Assembly: GCA_905178155.1 (NCBI GenBank)
Contig: CAJINV010000003.1
Coordinates: forward strand, 10,266,064-10,330,063
From: Amoebophrya sp. A120
Lineage: Eukaryota > Protista > Dinoflagellata
Direction: 5' to 3'
Length of the DNA stretch: 64,000 nucleotides
The notes below the pieces were generated by a model, which saw only the letters and a list, made by a program, of their open reading frames with translations, did no database searches and was not told the origin of the DNA. Position numbers and translations under genes: made by a program. Positions 1 to 11,470 of the stretch are shown here, one piece after another; positions within the stretch are counted from its first letter, which is position 1; the number at the start of each line of letters is the position of its first letter.

Positions 1-699
1 ACGAGTACGAGAGGACTTGGACTTGCAATTGCCTTTGACTTTACCTACGATCTACCGGGCATTTATTTTTTGCTTTTTTTCGATTGCCGCGCGTCATTGC
101 GGGTGCACATGAATAAAAGTAGTCCTAGCCACGTATGCTCCGCCTGTGGAAATGTGAAACAAAATTCAATTATTCCGCTAGACCGAAAAACAAAAAAAAG
201 AGCCAGAACAGGAGCGCAAAAATAAAAAACGAAAAGCCATGGCCAGAGGCAGCTCGTTCCGCCCCGTTTGCGGTTGCGGTTGTAAGCAGATCTTGACTGC
301 GGTCGCAAGCAGTTTTTGCGGTTGTAAGGCGTATGCGCGGCTGTGCTAACAGCTGTGCGCAGTTGTTGTGGCTGGGGTGGTTTTTGCGCCACTTTTCTGC
401 ATACCGCGGCTGTCATTCGTCGTGCCAAATTATGGGTAGGTCTCCACAGGCGAGAAGAGCCCCGCGCTTTTCCACCCGATGCAGGCACTGAGTGCCGAGA
501 TCGTTTTGCTTAGGCTTGTTTGCTTCCCGCCAGCTCTTCAAGACTTTGAAAGCCTGGGGCGTCGTTCTTCCTACCTTCCAGCGCCGCGCGCGCTTTTTTC
601 AGCCAGCTTTGACGACCTTGCCTCCTATTTTTGTTGCTTGTCAAATTCAAAAGGTAAAGGTTTGCAAGTTCTGCTGTTGGCCCTCATCTTCAAGCTTTG

Positions 700-870
700 C
701 CTTTTCTTTTGCTTTCAACTTTCACTTTTTGACTTTAGCCTGTACTTTTAGTTTTTGCCTTTGCTTTTAGTTTTTACCCGTACCTTAGTTTTTCGCTTTT
801 ACTTTTAGTTTTTACTTTTGGTCTTTTTTACTTTTAGTTATTTCTTTTAGTTTTCACTTTTTGTCTTTTG
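700..870. repeat. T-rich degenerate short tandem repeat (cttttagttttt-like)
   Basis: Repeated ttttag/tttttac/ttttg units upstream of TAM41. Confidence 0.6.
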
Positions 871-1102
871 CGGAGTAATTGTTTGGCTGTCACGACTTTA
901 GTCTTAGCAAGGGATAGATTAGTAAAGTGATTTAATTTACGCGGAAGTGCATCGTCGAGCTTCCTTCCCTTCCTGATGCTGATTGATACTCGTTCGTCGC
1001 GATTGATTTATTAAGTTATGGCCGTCTACCTCCACTCTATATATACACAGAAAAGTAGATGTAATATAAGAAAATGATAATGAAAAAGGTTAAGTGTAGT
1101 AC

Positions 1103-4100
1103 ATGTATTATTTGCTCTTCAATACAGAAGTAGATCGAATTGGAGCCACCAGTATGGAGGGTGAATCCCTGGAAAGGCTGTTGGAGCGCAACTTTCCCCT
1201 GGACGAACTGGATTCAGTTTGGGTATATGGTAGTGCCGCATTTCCACAACTGTCCGAGGCTGAACAAGAAAGTGCAGCATTAGGAAATGCAGACAACCAC
1301 GCAGCTGGGCCCATGACAACTGGAAATTGCTATCATGATTCAACAGGGATTAGCCGCACTTCAGCCACTTGCACTTCAGGTGCAGGGACCAACAGCGGCT
1401 CTGAGGTCGAAAGCGCGAGCCGCAAGCAGTTGGACTTTTTGTTTATAACGAAACAAAACGCAGAGGCGTTTCACGCCCAAAACCTTGCGCAAAACTGGCA
1501 CCACTACAACTGGCTCCGTCGTCTTCCCTTGCGCTTGCTCGGTTACGTGAATCGGCTCGGTCCGGGTCTTTACTTTAATGCGTACTGTGCCCTTCAGGTT
1601 CAGAATCGCATTTGCTCTTATGCTCCACCTCGGGAACCGGAACGAGCGGAACCGGAAGCTAACGACGACAGCTCCGTCGCGGACCTTATGACGAAAAGCT
1701 CTTCTCCAGATGCGGAGCAGCACGCGACAGAGCACACCACGGGACCGGACCCCTACCAGCACAGCGTGGCTGAAGTAGATGACAAAAAAAAACAAGAAGG
1801 ATATGGAGAACAGAGCGCGACTGGCGGCTCCTCATCTTCGGATGTAGTTTCAAAGCAAATGAGCGTGAAACTCCAGATGCATGAGCGGAAGATGCAGATT
1901 CAGGCCTTGAGTTGGAAGGCGCGGCCAGAGCCCACGCGTTTGCTGCGTGACTTTCTTCAATACGCGAAGACAGCGGTACCAACCGCGTCCGCAGGTACGA
2001 AATGGAATATGGGAGACCAGCGGAGCTCTGTTGCCTCGCAATTGGTGTCAGCAGCGCTGGGGGACGAGGAATGCTACCCGACCGGAACGAGCACAAAAAG
2101 CGGTCTGCGTAGCTTTCGACTCGAGGACGATACCCTGGGACTTTGCTTCGCGGATACCCTAGCTGCAAGTATGGGAATGTTCGGTTTGATGAAATCGACA
2201 AAGTTGCATGATAACGATTTGCAATTGGTTTTGCAAAAAATCCCGGGCATGGCAGAGTCACAGTGAGTCTGTGAGAGCTCCTGTGTTATGGTGATGGCAT
2301 GTGAGGCCGATTGTCAACGCCAGCCTGCTTAGGTTTATTAGAGATACTAGAGCTGCGAAAGAGAGCAGCACAAAAGCAGCCCTCTTGGTCTTGGCCCCAA
2401 CAGCATGAGAAATTGGATGCAATTCTTTCTACCGCGATTTTCATTTTTCATTTGTTGCTTGAAAGTTCCAATGTGATTTGGAGGCAAAACTGGTATCACA
2501 TTTGCACATCGCAAATTCCTTCAACTCTGTCGATTTCGAGCCAGGTACTCCTATAGCAAGGAGCACTACGGACGCGGGAGAGGCAGAGACGCAAAAGAAG
2601 CACATGAGGGGCGGCCGTGACGCAATCGATCCGGATAAACTGCTTCTGCAGAAGAACATCAAGCACGCGGAGCCACGCGAGCGGGACTTGCGTTTGCCGC
2701 AGGAAAAAATTTTAACTCTTCCGACTCTGACTCAAGAGGTCAAGTATGGCATTGTAGAGAGGTCTGCCCTTCTCGAAGATTTACGTACCTGGCAGCACCT
2801 TTACTGTGCCGGAAGAGCGCAAAAGCCGATGCTTCGGTTTTATTTTTGCGAAAAGCGACTGGAGGAGACGGACCGACAGTGGATTTTTTTCAAGCGCGTC
2901 CTCGAAGCGGAAAGCATCCTGATGGAGACCCGGCTTGGCGCTCTGCAGTTTGCGCGCATGAAGCTTTTGTTTGATGCGCGTCAACAAGAAGAGAAAAAGG
3001 CAGACTTTTCCGCTGGGAAAACTCTCGCTCTGTCGTGGAGCACCCACCTCGTATCGGTACGAGATAAACTTCAAGACGTTGTGGCGAGCGTACAACATTT
3101 TCGAAGTCCTGGCTCTAGGAAAGAGATGAATACTAGTAAAGAAGCGCCGAACTCGTGCAAAGGTGGCAAAGGTGGAGGAACAGTCTGCGACCAGACTGAG
3201 TTCGAACGAAGTCGATTGTTTCCGGAGGACATGTTGTGGCACCACGTGTGCGATCTGAGCTACCGCGGCGATGTGCGCCGCCTGCTTTTCGAGAACCCGC
3301 GCAAAACCGAAGAGATCATTCGTGGACAGCGGAGCTTCTTAGAACGAATCTATCGCCCACTTTTTCCGCTGGGCCGCATAGAGAGCGTACCACGTGCTGA
3401 GCTTTACAAACGACGACCCGCGTTACCGCCCGCGCACGATAACGAGACCAGGACGAAGCAAAAACGAAGACAACCGGACAGCTTTGAACACCACGACCAG
3501 CAGCCCGCCGCGAGCTATCGTGTGTGGTTTTGATCAAAGCACGCGCCGAACACCAAAACGAGCAGCCTCGGCGATCTATCTGGGCTCAATAACAATACAT
3601 AGGCTTGCAGGGTGTAGCTGGACACTTTGGGCTCGGCTTTTTGTTCGTGTAAAAGTCAAAGTTCGGCAAGGCAGCCTTGCCGAGTGGCGGGCGACTGCGC
3701 GTAAGGTGGCGGCGCAAGAGATGAAAAAGACCATCCGCATCCCGCTTGGATACGCGCTGCCCCCCCCTGCAGCGAGTCTGTGGGGCGTTGGACGGACGAC
3801 CGTAACCCGGCCCCCGCTCGCCTTTCTGCCTCCCGCCCTAAGGACCGCGTGTCAGTCATGGGGGGCAAAAGAGGGGCGACGAAGTGTGAGCGGCCTTTTT
3901 TGGGGATTAGATAGATATAGGGGGCATTTGGTGGCTTGCCCTTCTTCGGTGAAGCTCATGTGGAATAAGTATCCAAGCCCGTGCCGGTCCAGATATTGAA
4001 ATGGAAAGCCCGCGCAGGTCTAGATATTGGATATCTAGAGCGGCTATCCAATATCCACGCCGTGCCGCCGTGGATGTAAATAGGGGGGCGGAGAAATATT

Positions 4101-4961
4101 ATATCCGATGGCTTCATCTGCTAAGAAATTAGCTGCGGCACATGGCTGCCCGCGGCCGCCAACCAACACCAGCGCAATTATCAGCGAATGGGGATATTTG
4201 CTTGGCCGCCTGCGCGCGAATCTACAGGCCCGCGCTTTATGCCGCAACATGGGAGAAATTAAAGGCGGCGCGCTAGTGTCTCTGAAGCAGCTGCAGGGAC
4301 CACGCGCGGGCGAAATTGACTAGAGCCACACAGGCAGCCCCCAGCCGCAGCGCTCTCGGCGAATAGTAAAAAGCGACAGGAGCAGGAGGCCTGGCCTCGT
4401 TTTGGTTTTGTATGTCCTGGTCTCGTTTTCGGGTCTCGACGGTAACGGGCGCGCCGTTTGTAGGACCTAGCGCAGAAGATGGCGTCCGATGGTCTTCATG
4501 CGGAGACCATTGAAAAACTATTGCAGGGCCGGTTTTTTCGCACCCCCAGCGAGAGCTTGGGCGATCTGGCTACATTTGCGTTGGAAAGGGCATTGTCTGA
4601 GGGCGAGACCCGTCATATCAGTGCGGATAAAGTGTTGCAGATGCGAGTGCAAAAGTCCTCGCTCGCGATGGCCGCAAAAGGTATCTTGACTAACAAATGG
4701 TCGCATTCTGTGCGTTACGCTTATCGCAAGTTCCTGAAACGGGTGCAAAAGAAAATATCTTCTTTCGACGTCCTGCACGAGGAGGCTAAGCATTTGCTCC
4801 TGCGGATCAGAGTACTATACTGTCTGTTTACGTGGTCGAGGTGCAGCGTGTTCGAGAAGTGCTGTAGTTTTTTTCTTTCCTCGCTCCACCTATGCTGCGA
4901 GTGCAACGTGTCCTTTGGCCGCGCCGATCTCAGCTTGCACCATCGACACCTCTTTCAGTAG
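1103..4961 (+). CDS. TAM41: Mitochondrial phosphatidate cytidylyltransferase Tam41/Mmp37, 3 inferred exons (1103-1846, 2466-3398, 4464-4961; 3' end uncertain)
   Basis: Family motifs occur in order across three ORFs: YGSAAFPQ, QLDFLF, FHAQNLAQNWHHY, GPGLYFNAY, VKYGIV..LLEDLRTWQHLYCAGRAQKP, LSYRGDVR..ENPRK, SSLAMAAKGILT..SVRYAYRKFLK. Confidence 0.9.
1847..2465 (+). other. Inferred GT-AG intron 1 of TAM41 with degenerate terminal inverted repeats
   Basis: G[tttcaaagcaaatga...ttcatttgttgcttgaaa]G. Phase 0 at both ends joins ORF 1103 to ORF 2478 in frame. Confidence 0.55.
3404..4463. mobile_element. Non-autonomous TIR element forming TAM41 intron 2 (TTACAAACG family)
   Basis: Ends ttacaaacg/cgtttgtag; inner IR aacgagaccaggac (3441-3454)/gtcctggtctcgtt (4414-4427); 5-bp flanks gagct/gacct. 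Removal restores the frame (possible GA-AG intron 3399-4463). Confidence 0.75.
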
Positions 4962-5459
4962 CCGTAGGATTTGCATTGGCATTCTTGTTCTCCTTTTTTT
5001 TGGGGTCTAGTTTGATTCGTACCTCTCGTCCACGTGCATTTTTCGTCTTTCCCTTCGCAGAAGTCGTCCATCCCGTTGTGGTTGTCGTCGTTCCAAATGA
5101 ACATCGTTGTAGATCGTCCACCGATAAGCCTCGAAGAGAACCACTTAGAGCACTGTAGTCACATACTTTACGTGGGATCATATATGAGCAAAAGCTGCAA
5201 ATGCAAGCAATACGAATAAGTTGTCTACAACTATTTGCCCAGGGTTATGTTGGTCTTTATTTTCTTACAAAGTCATCAAAGCGTGGTTTTCTTCTCCTGT
5301 AGGGCTCTAGTACCGGCTCGATTTCGACGGAAGAAACTACTCACGAAAATCCTCGAAGCAAGTGCTGCATACTTGTAGAGAATAAGAAATGTAAATGTTG
5401 GAATTCAATACAATTTATTTATTGAGCTTACACACAGGCACACCGAACTAACGTCCATT

Positions 5460-8400
5460 ATGAGAATTGTTATTGTAATTATTCGATGGTGGACCCGGTT
5501 TGGGCTTGCGTTCGTCGGAGATTTATTCACCGTCGACGGCCTCTCGGCGGAGTGGCGGGACCACCAGGTCAAGGATGAAGAAGATTTATCGAAGCTCATC
5601 AACCCGGTCCCGGTCCCGAAAGAACAACATGAAGCCGTTGGGGGTCTGTTGGAAGATCAGGAACCGGGCGGCGAGATACGTACTCTTTCTTGTTTTTCTT
5701 TTTGTCGTGTAAGTATTTCTGTTCAGCAAGACGGCCCCGCTGGCCAGCACGATATATGATAAATGAAACAGAAAGAACAGAAACAAAATTGAAATTCAAT
5801 TTCAAACATAAACGCTAACGCACTCACAGCAGAAGTAGTGAGCTTTCCCTCATCGTGCAGCTTGGAAGCCTCCCGCGCATCAAAAAGCAACTTTGGAAAG
5901 TGGCCACCTGCGCCTGGAGCCGAGATGCTTTCTGCCGCACTCCAATTATCGGGCAGGCCAAATTAATAGAGACCGCGTCGAAATAAATCAACTGGCAAGT
6001 AGAGCCTCGTCTTCTTTGTATGATCGTGAACGTCGCGAAGGCCGAACATGCTGTGGTCACGCGATTGCTGAAAGTGAAAACCTTACACGTTGCGAAAGTT
6101 ACGCTAAAGCTAAAGGTGCGAGAACCATGCCCCGGGAAAATACCGACCTTCTGCGCCCAGAAAGTGAAGCCTAGTGTAGGTTTTTTTGTATGTAGAAGTG
6201 AGGTTACGAACGTTCGGTCTATCCTGGTGTTTTTTTGACCTGCAATTTTCAGCATAAAAACATCTCACTTTTGAAAAGTGAGATGTTTTTATTGGCTTCG
6301 AAGCCCAGTCCGATTGAAAATTTCAATCGGACTGGGCTTTGAAGCCAAACAAGCCCGAGGCTATTCATTCTATTTCTTGCCGATTGAGCAAATAACGCAG
6401 GCGGGGAACCAGCAAAAGGAGCGCCCTTCTGGGGCGCCCAGCGCAGCGAGTTCCACCGATTTGGGGCGCCTCAAAAGGGGCGCCAATAAAAAGATGCAAA
6501 GTAAGAAGGCAAAGACGTCGAATCCGCATGGTTCGGGCACCATTTCTGCCCACTTTTGGAGGTCGCGAAAGCGGTTGTCCATCTGGGCCGCTTCCAATGG
6601 GGCGGGTAGCACAAAAGCTGCGCTTTTTTGATTGACAAACCAAGAAAACGCAAGAGCCGCCAAAAGCCGAAAGCCGACTCCATTGGATACTAGGGACCCG
6701 ATTTTGGGAGCCCATAGGGGCGGCGCTGGCCAAGGCCCCGGTAGGGCCATAGCGTACGGGATAGGTTTGGCTTTGTGAAGTCGAAAAGGTGTGGAGCTTT
6801 GGCCGCGATTTTTATATTTTCCCCACGGCCATGCAGAATAACAATGCGCGCGAGCAGGGTATTGCGCGCAGAAAAAAACAAATTTTGGAGCCCGGCAGCC
6901 GCAACGCGTCAAGCGCGCTGACGAAAAAGCCGCTTTGATCTCACTACCCCCGCCGGGGCGGCTATTATTTATTTTTATTGGCTATTGGTATTGGATATAT
7001 AATATTTTAGCTTCTTCAAAAGCCCACGCCTCTGGCTTGCCAAAAAGCCACCGGCTTCTCTGATCTCGAGGAGCCACGCACAGCTTGCGCGCCGCAAATC
7101 GATTCACCTCCGATAGTGGCCGGCGTGCTTCACAGCACGAACATCAAGAAAAAGACTCATGCGTAAAAAGCTTGATTTGAAGTTTTTGAAACAGAAGCAT
7201 ATAGTCCAGTGACAGTCAGTGTCAGATGCGGGATATTGGATTGACATTGATGGTGCGGCAATAGCGGCCGTTCGCGGCACACTACTATTCGAAAAATGTT
7301 CGTCCCCTACTTCTCGCAACAAGAATGAAAAACTCCAGGTCCACGGTCATCTTCATCTACACATGCGCCGTGGCTTCTCGGGAGCGCGTATGCTGAGGGG
7401 GTCTACGTTTTCGCAGAGATGCTAGCGCCTTTCGACGCTAATCAAGCTGATCGTGACGCCGAGCATGGAGCCAACAACTGCCTGCATCACGACGGGAAAG
7501 TCTGTAAGAGCCACGCCATAGCAAACCCGTGGCTGCAAATTCAATCGGCTCAAGAGTTGCCCGTCTTCCGTGTGAGTGTTCGCGCACCGCATGTTCCTCA
7601 AGAGGACGAGGGGGAGTTGCATTCGCGGGAGTTGCATGCGCTGGTGCCGCAGCTTCTAGGGCCTGACGGCGAGACTACTGAGTGCGGTGTGCGGGTCGGC
7701 GTGCATTCCTCCAACGGAGAGAGCGAGACCACATTGGGCGGCGAGACCCGCATGAAGCCGCCGTGTCACGAGGAATTTCCCGGGTTGGCCTGTGAGGCAG
7801 CGTACATGTGTCACCCAGCAGGACGACCGGAAGCCGGGCTGGGCGTCAAGCAGTATCGTACAGAAAAGCACACCTTCTATACCCGAAAAAGCTTCTCAGC
7901 ATGACTACCTCTTGCTCTTCAAGCCCTAGGCCGCGCCACGAACACAAAGACAAACTACATTCTGCATGACAGAAAGCGAAAGGTACGTCTCTTGTGCTCG
8001 GCGCATTGCAGAGTCTTCAGTGACGCCGATTTCGCAACGGCAGCATAAGCTTAGTTTTGTGTCATGCGGTGGCTGGCCGCTAATGGAAATGGGAACCACG
8101 GACGAGGCTCAGACACAACTGCACCTCGTCGACTTCCTTTCCTACTACATTACCTGCGTGTGGGTTCCGAGGGAGACCCTGCCTGGTCTACGCGAACTAC
8201 ATCGCGTGAGGATTAGCCGACTCGCGATCCCCAGAAGTGCGCATCCTTGTCGACCACAAAAATTAAAATAGAAAAATAGGAGCCGCCGCGCCAGCGTCGG
8301 CGTGGTCGCTTCAGCAGCGCAAATTTCATGCAAAAGATTTATTTAATATATTTTTTTCCTTTAAAGCGGTTGGATGAGCTTTTCTGCAGAATAAGCAGGA

Positions 8401-11400
8401 CCTCCACCAGGACGGGCTCGAGGAGGTGATGAACTTTGACTGTCCGGCTAACACCAAGGGGAACTATGTGTTTGTGCAGTTGCAGTCAGATATCACAGAG
8501 ACAAAAAGCTAGCGCGTGTCAATTGTAAAATGCAAACACAATTATTCCCCTTCTTTTTTACCTTCCCATTCTCGTTTTCTTTTTCATTTTTGGCTGCGAA
8601 ACGAAAACAAAACAACAGTCTTTGCTGCACTGTGCGGCTACACCAGACGCGCACCATCAGAAGCGCGGAACCGGTGGCAGTGCTTGTGCTGCACCATCAG
8701 AAGTGCGAAACTTGCGCGGCCGGGCGTAACTTGCGCGGCCGGGAGTAAGAGGCTCCGCCAATCACCACTATACTCCTGTCCTGGCCTACCATCTTCATCA
8801 GAAGTGCGAGCTGCGAAGGGTGGGCGCACCATCTTCAAAGTCAAAAAGTCTCCTCGCCCCATGAATGAATGAATGATCCGAAATAAAAGAATCAGGCTGG
8901 ACGAGGGGGTGAGCGCTACTCGTAGAAATCCTGCTAGTGCCGGAAAGCTGCTAGTGGAAAAGGGCCCACTAGTAGATTTCCTACTAGTTGTGCTGGAGGT
9001 TTTATGATCGCCAAAACGGGCTTCCGGGTACTTCTATTGACGCTCCCCACTAGTGGCGCCCTTCACTAGTGGAAGCACTATCGAAAACTGGCGCAGGCAG
9101 CGCCGCGGTGGGGCCGCTTCCAGGCAGTAAAGCGCTGCCGGGACCCCGGGTGGCCCTCCGGCCTGCCGGCCATGGTCTCCGCCCTTGGCCTTGTCTTAGG
9201 TGCCTTGCGGTTCGCGATTGGCTGCCCCGGGCCGGAGTCGTGCTGCATTCTGGCGCCCCTTGCCCTTCGCCCTCTGTTGCGAGGTGTTTGGCGCCAGTTT
9301 CCGCCTTTCCCTTCCGCCTGTGACTCTGCAGGCTTGCTTCTCTCGCGTGCTCGCCGCCGCGGGGCCCCTTCGGCCCCAGTGGGGTTGCGTGCTTTGGCCC
9401 CGTTTCCTTTGGGTCGCCGGGCGTTTTGGTTTGCGCCTCGCCTCCGTGCCCTGCTTCGGCGTATTGGTTTCGTTTTCAAAGCATTCGTCTGTTTAAAGCG
9501 AGTCTTGGCCCACTTGCTCCTCTTGTCGGCTTTCTGGCTTTTGGAGCATATCGCCCGCAGTGCCCCGCCTGCCTTTCCGCCGCCTTCCTGTGCTCTTTGT
9601 CTTGCCTTGCGCCAGCCCCGTTCCTGGTCTTATTTTGGCCTTTCGTGCCCCCTTTTCGCCCTGTTTACTGTGGCCCGCCTTTGACTTGTTTCCTGTGGTT
9701 AGCCTTCCGGCCCTTCGCAAAGGTTCTGCAAACGCCTTCTGGCCGCCCTGTTTGTGGAGGCCGAGGCAGTGGCAGCGCTTTGTGCCCCCTGCCACCCTCC
9801 GCGCCTTGCGGCCTTAATGTCTGTGCGTGCCCTTCGCTCACGATCAGGGAGTGCGGCGTCTGTGTGTGTGTTGTCATCGTTTTCCGCCTGTGGTGTCAGC
9901 ATAGTTTGGGCATGACCAGTGGGGTTTGGGCCGTAGGTTTTCCCCTAGAAGTTCTTTCTCCCTCGCTCCCCCTTGCCCCCCCTCGTCGCCGGGCCGGCGG
10001 GCGCGGAGCGCGCGCCCGTTCTAGATAAACACTAATGTGATGGGCAACCGGACCACAGGCACAGACCACAGAAAAACAAAAATCTGTCATGAGCATATTT
10101 ATATGTGCTTCCTGCGGGCGCATAGACACTTTCTACAAATCTGATTTACATTTGTGTTGTCTTCGTTTCTCTTATCAGTGCCTACGTTTATTGGGACGGC
10201 CGGCCCTTGTTATACGTCCAATCTCAACATCCATGGGCAAAATAAATCGATGAAAATACTGATCAGTACGAAAAGGTCGCGGCCTGCCGGACGTTCTGCC
10301 GGTAGATGTCATGTTGGGTGACTTACAACATCTGTTCTGATTCAAAAAATGCTGATTTTTTCTGTTTGTTTCATCTGCATTTGGCGCGCTTTCTCTGGCA
10401 TATTCGAGGGGTGTGGGATGACGGAGATGCTGGATGTGCCGGACCCTAAGAGTCCCGACAACAATATCCCAGCGAAAAAAGCTAGCCTATTGTTTTGCAT
10501 GACGATGCATGACGTTGAGGATCATGATGATTCTGTTTCTAGAACTGCATTACACAGAGTTGAAAAAGAAAACCTGCTTTGTATAGCCTAGACACCATTT
10601 TTCTACGGGGGATCCGCCCCGAAGAGATTTTGGGTTGCTATTTGCTTAAGTTCAAGTTTTGCACTTGTGTTTTCGTTTAGGTTTACTTTTTTCAGCAAGA
10701 CAAATGACGTGCTAGTTTTTTTCTATGGGATGAACAAGATGATTCAAACACACGGTGTGCGGCGGCGTCTGGAACTTCTTCGCGTAGACGTGTTCCGGCC
10801 CGCTCCGGCCCCGGAAGCAACTTGTTCTCTCGAACTAGCGCTCTGCGTCGACGCAGAGGCGATTCCCGTGGACGGGGTGTCCTGCATGACTGCGAAAAAA
10901 TTCTTACCCACGCAGGGCCAAGCCGGAGACGAAATGACCGGAGAGGTTTACGCCTGCTGGCAGAGCACTAGCGAGTGTAATGAGTTTGCGAACGCGCACC
11001 ACGAGCACAACGCTCCTAAGCCGGGGGAGGAAGCACGACGGGGTGCACCTGCTGGACACACACTGGAGATCTCTCATTGCGCTGTGCACAAGCAGCCGAA
11101 GTGCGCAGCAGCCACGGAGGAGGACGCACATGAAAAGTACGCGTGTCCTTTCGAGGACGGGGAGTGCTACATGGTCACCGGGGGCGCTCCCGGACACTCC
11201 ACCAAAGACGATCGGTTTTGTTTTAAGTCGGAGCCTCGGATCGGCTCGGGCGACATGGTGCGTGCCCCATGTGATGCCTATTCGTCCTACTTCTATGCAC
11301 ACGGTCACGGGGGGGCTGACAAGGAGCCACTGGAATGCCGAAAGCTAGAGAGAGCTGCCACGCTGGACGACGGTGGCGCATTCATGGAAACTACGAAAAC

Positions 11401-11470
11401 AGAGGGCAATAAGAAACTCGAGCCGCTTTTGAGTCGCAGTCGCCGAGGGCAACCTCTAATTATGGTATGA
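5460..11470 (+). CDS. Putative secreted protein with F5/8-type-C/galactose-binding-like domain and Cys-rich C-terminus; inferred exons 5460-5679, 7339-~7859, ~10769-11470
   Basis: Hydrophobic N-terminus; HGANNCL..KSHAIANPWLQI..VFRVSV and LELLRVDVF resemble discoidin/fucolectin strands; Cys-rich ORF 10667-11470. A phase-1 GT-AG join 5680/7338 is in frame. The second junction is approximate. Confidence 0.5.
5680..7338 (+). other. Inferred GT-AG intron with degenerate terminal inverted repeats
   Basis: Left gtttttctttttgtcgtgtaagta matches the reverse complement of the right end, gtttttcattcttgttgcgagaagta. Phase 1 at both ends. Confidence 0.5.
6254..6347. repeat. Two abutting near-perfect palindromes
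   Basis: ataaaaacatctcactttt-g-aaaagtgagatgtttttat (19-bp arms), immediately followed by tggcttcgaagcccagtccgattgaaa-a-tttcaatcggactgggctttgaagcca (27-bp arms, one mismatch). Confidence 0.9.
8881..10027 (+). mobile_element. ~1.15-kb dispersed repeat, copy 1; non-autonomous, Helitron-like 3' end
   Basis: Collinear over its whole length with the inverted copy at 16428-17568. Ends in the hairpin cgggcgcg-gagcg-cgcgcccg then ttCTAGata. 5' part is rich in ctagt. No TIR. Confidence 0.8.

Noticed and set aside
7545-7555. Dinoflagellate spliced-leader relic (ggctcaag)
   Set aside because: Only an 8-nt match, inside a coding exon; expected by chance.
9069-10129. Overlapping ORFs in the 1.15-kb repeat (also 16276-17430)
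   Set aside because: GC-rich shadow ORFs in several frames. Frames are broken by indels between the two copies, and no domain is recognisable.
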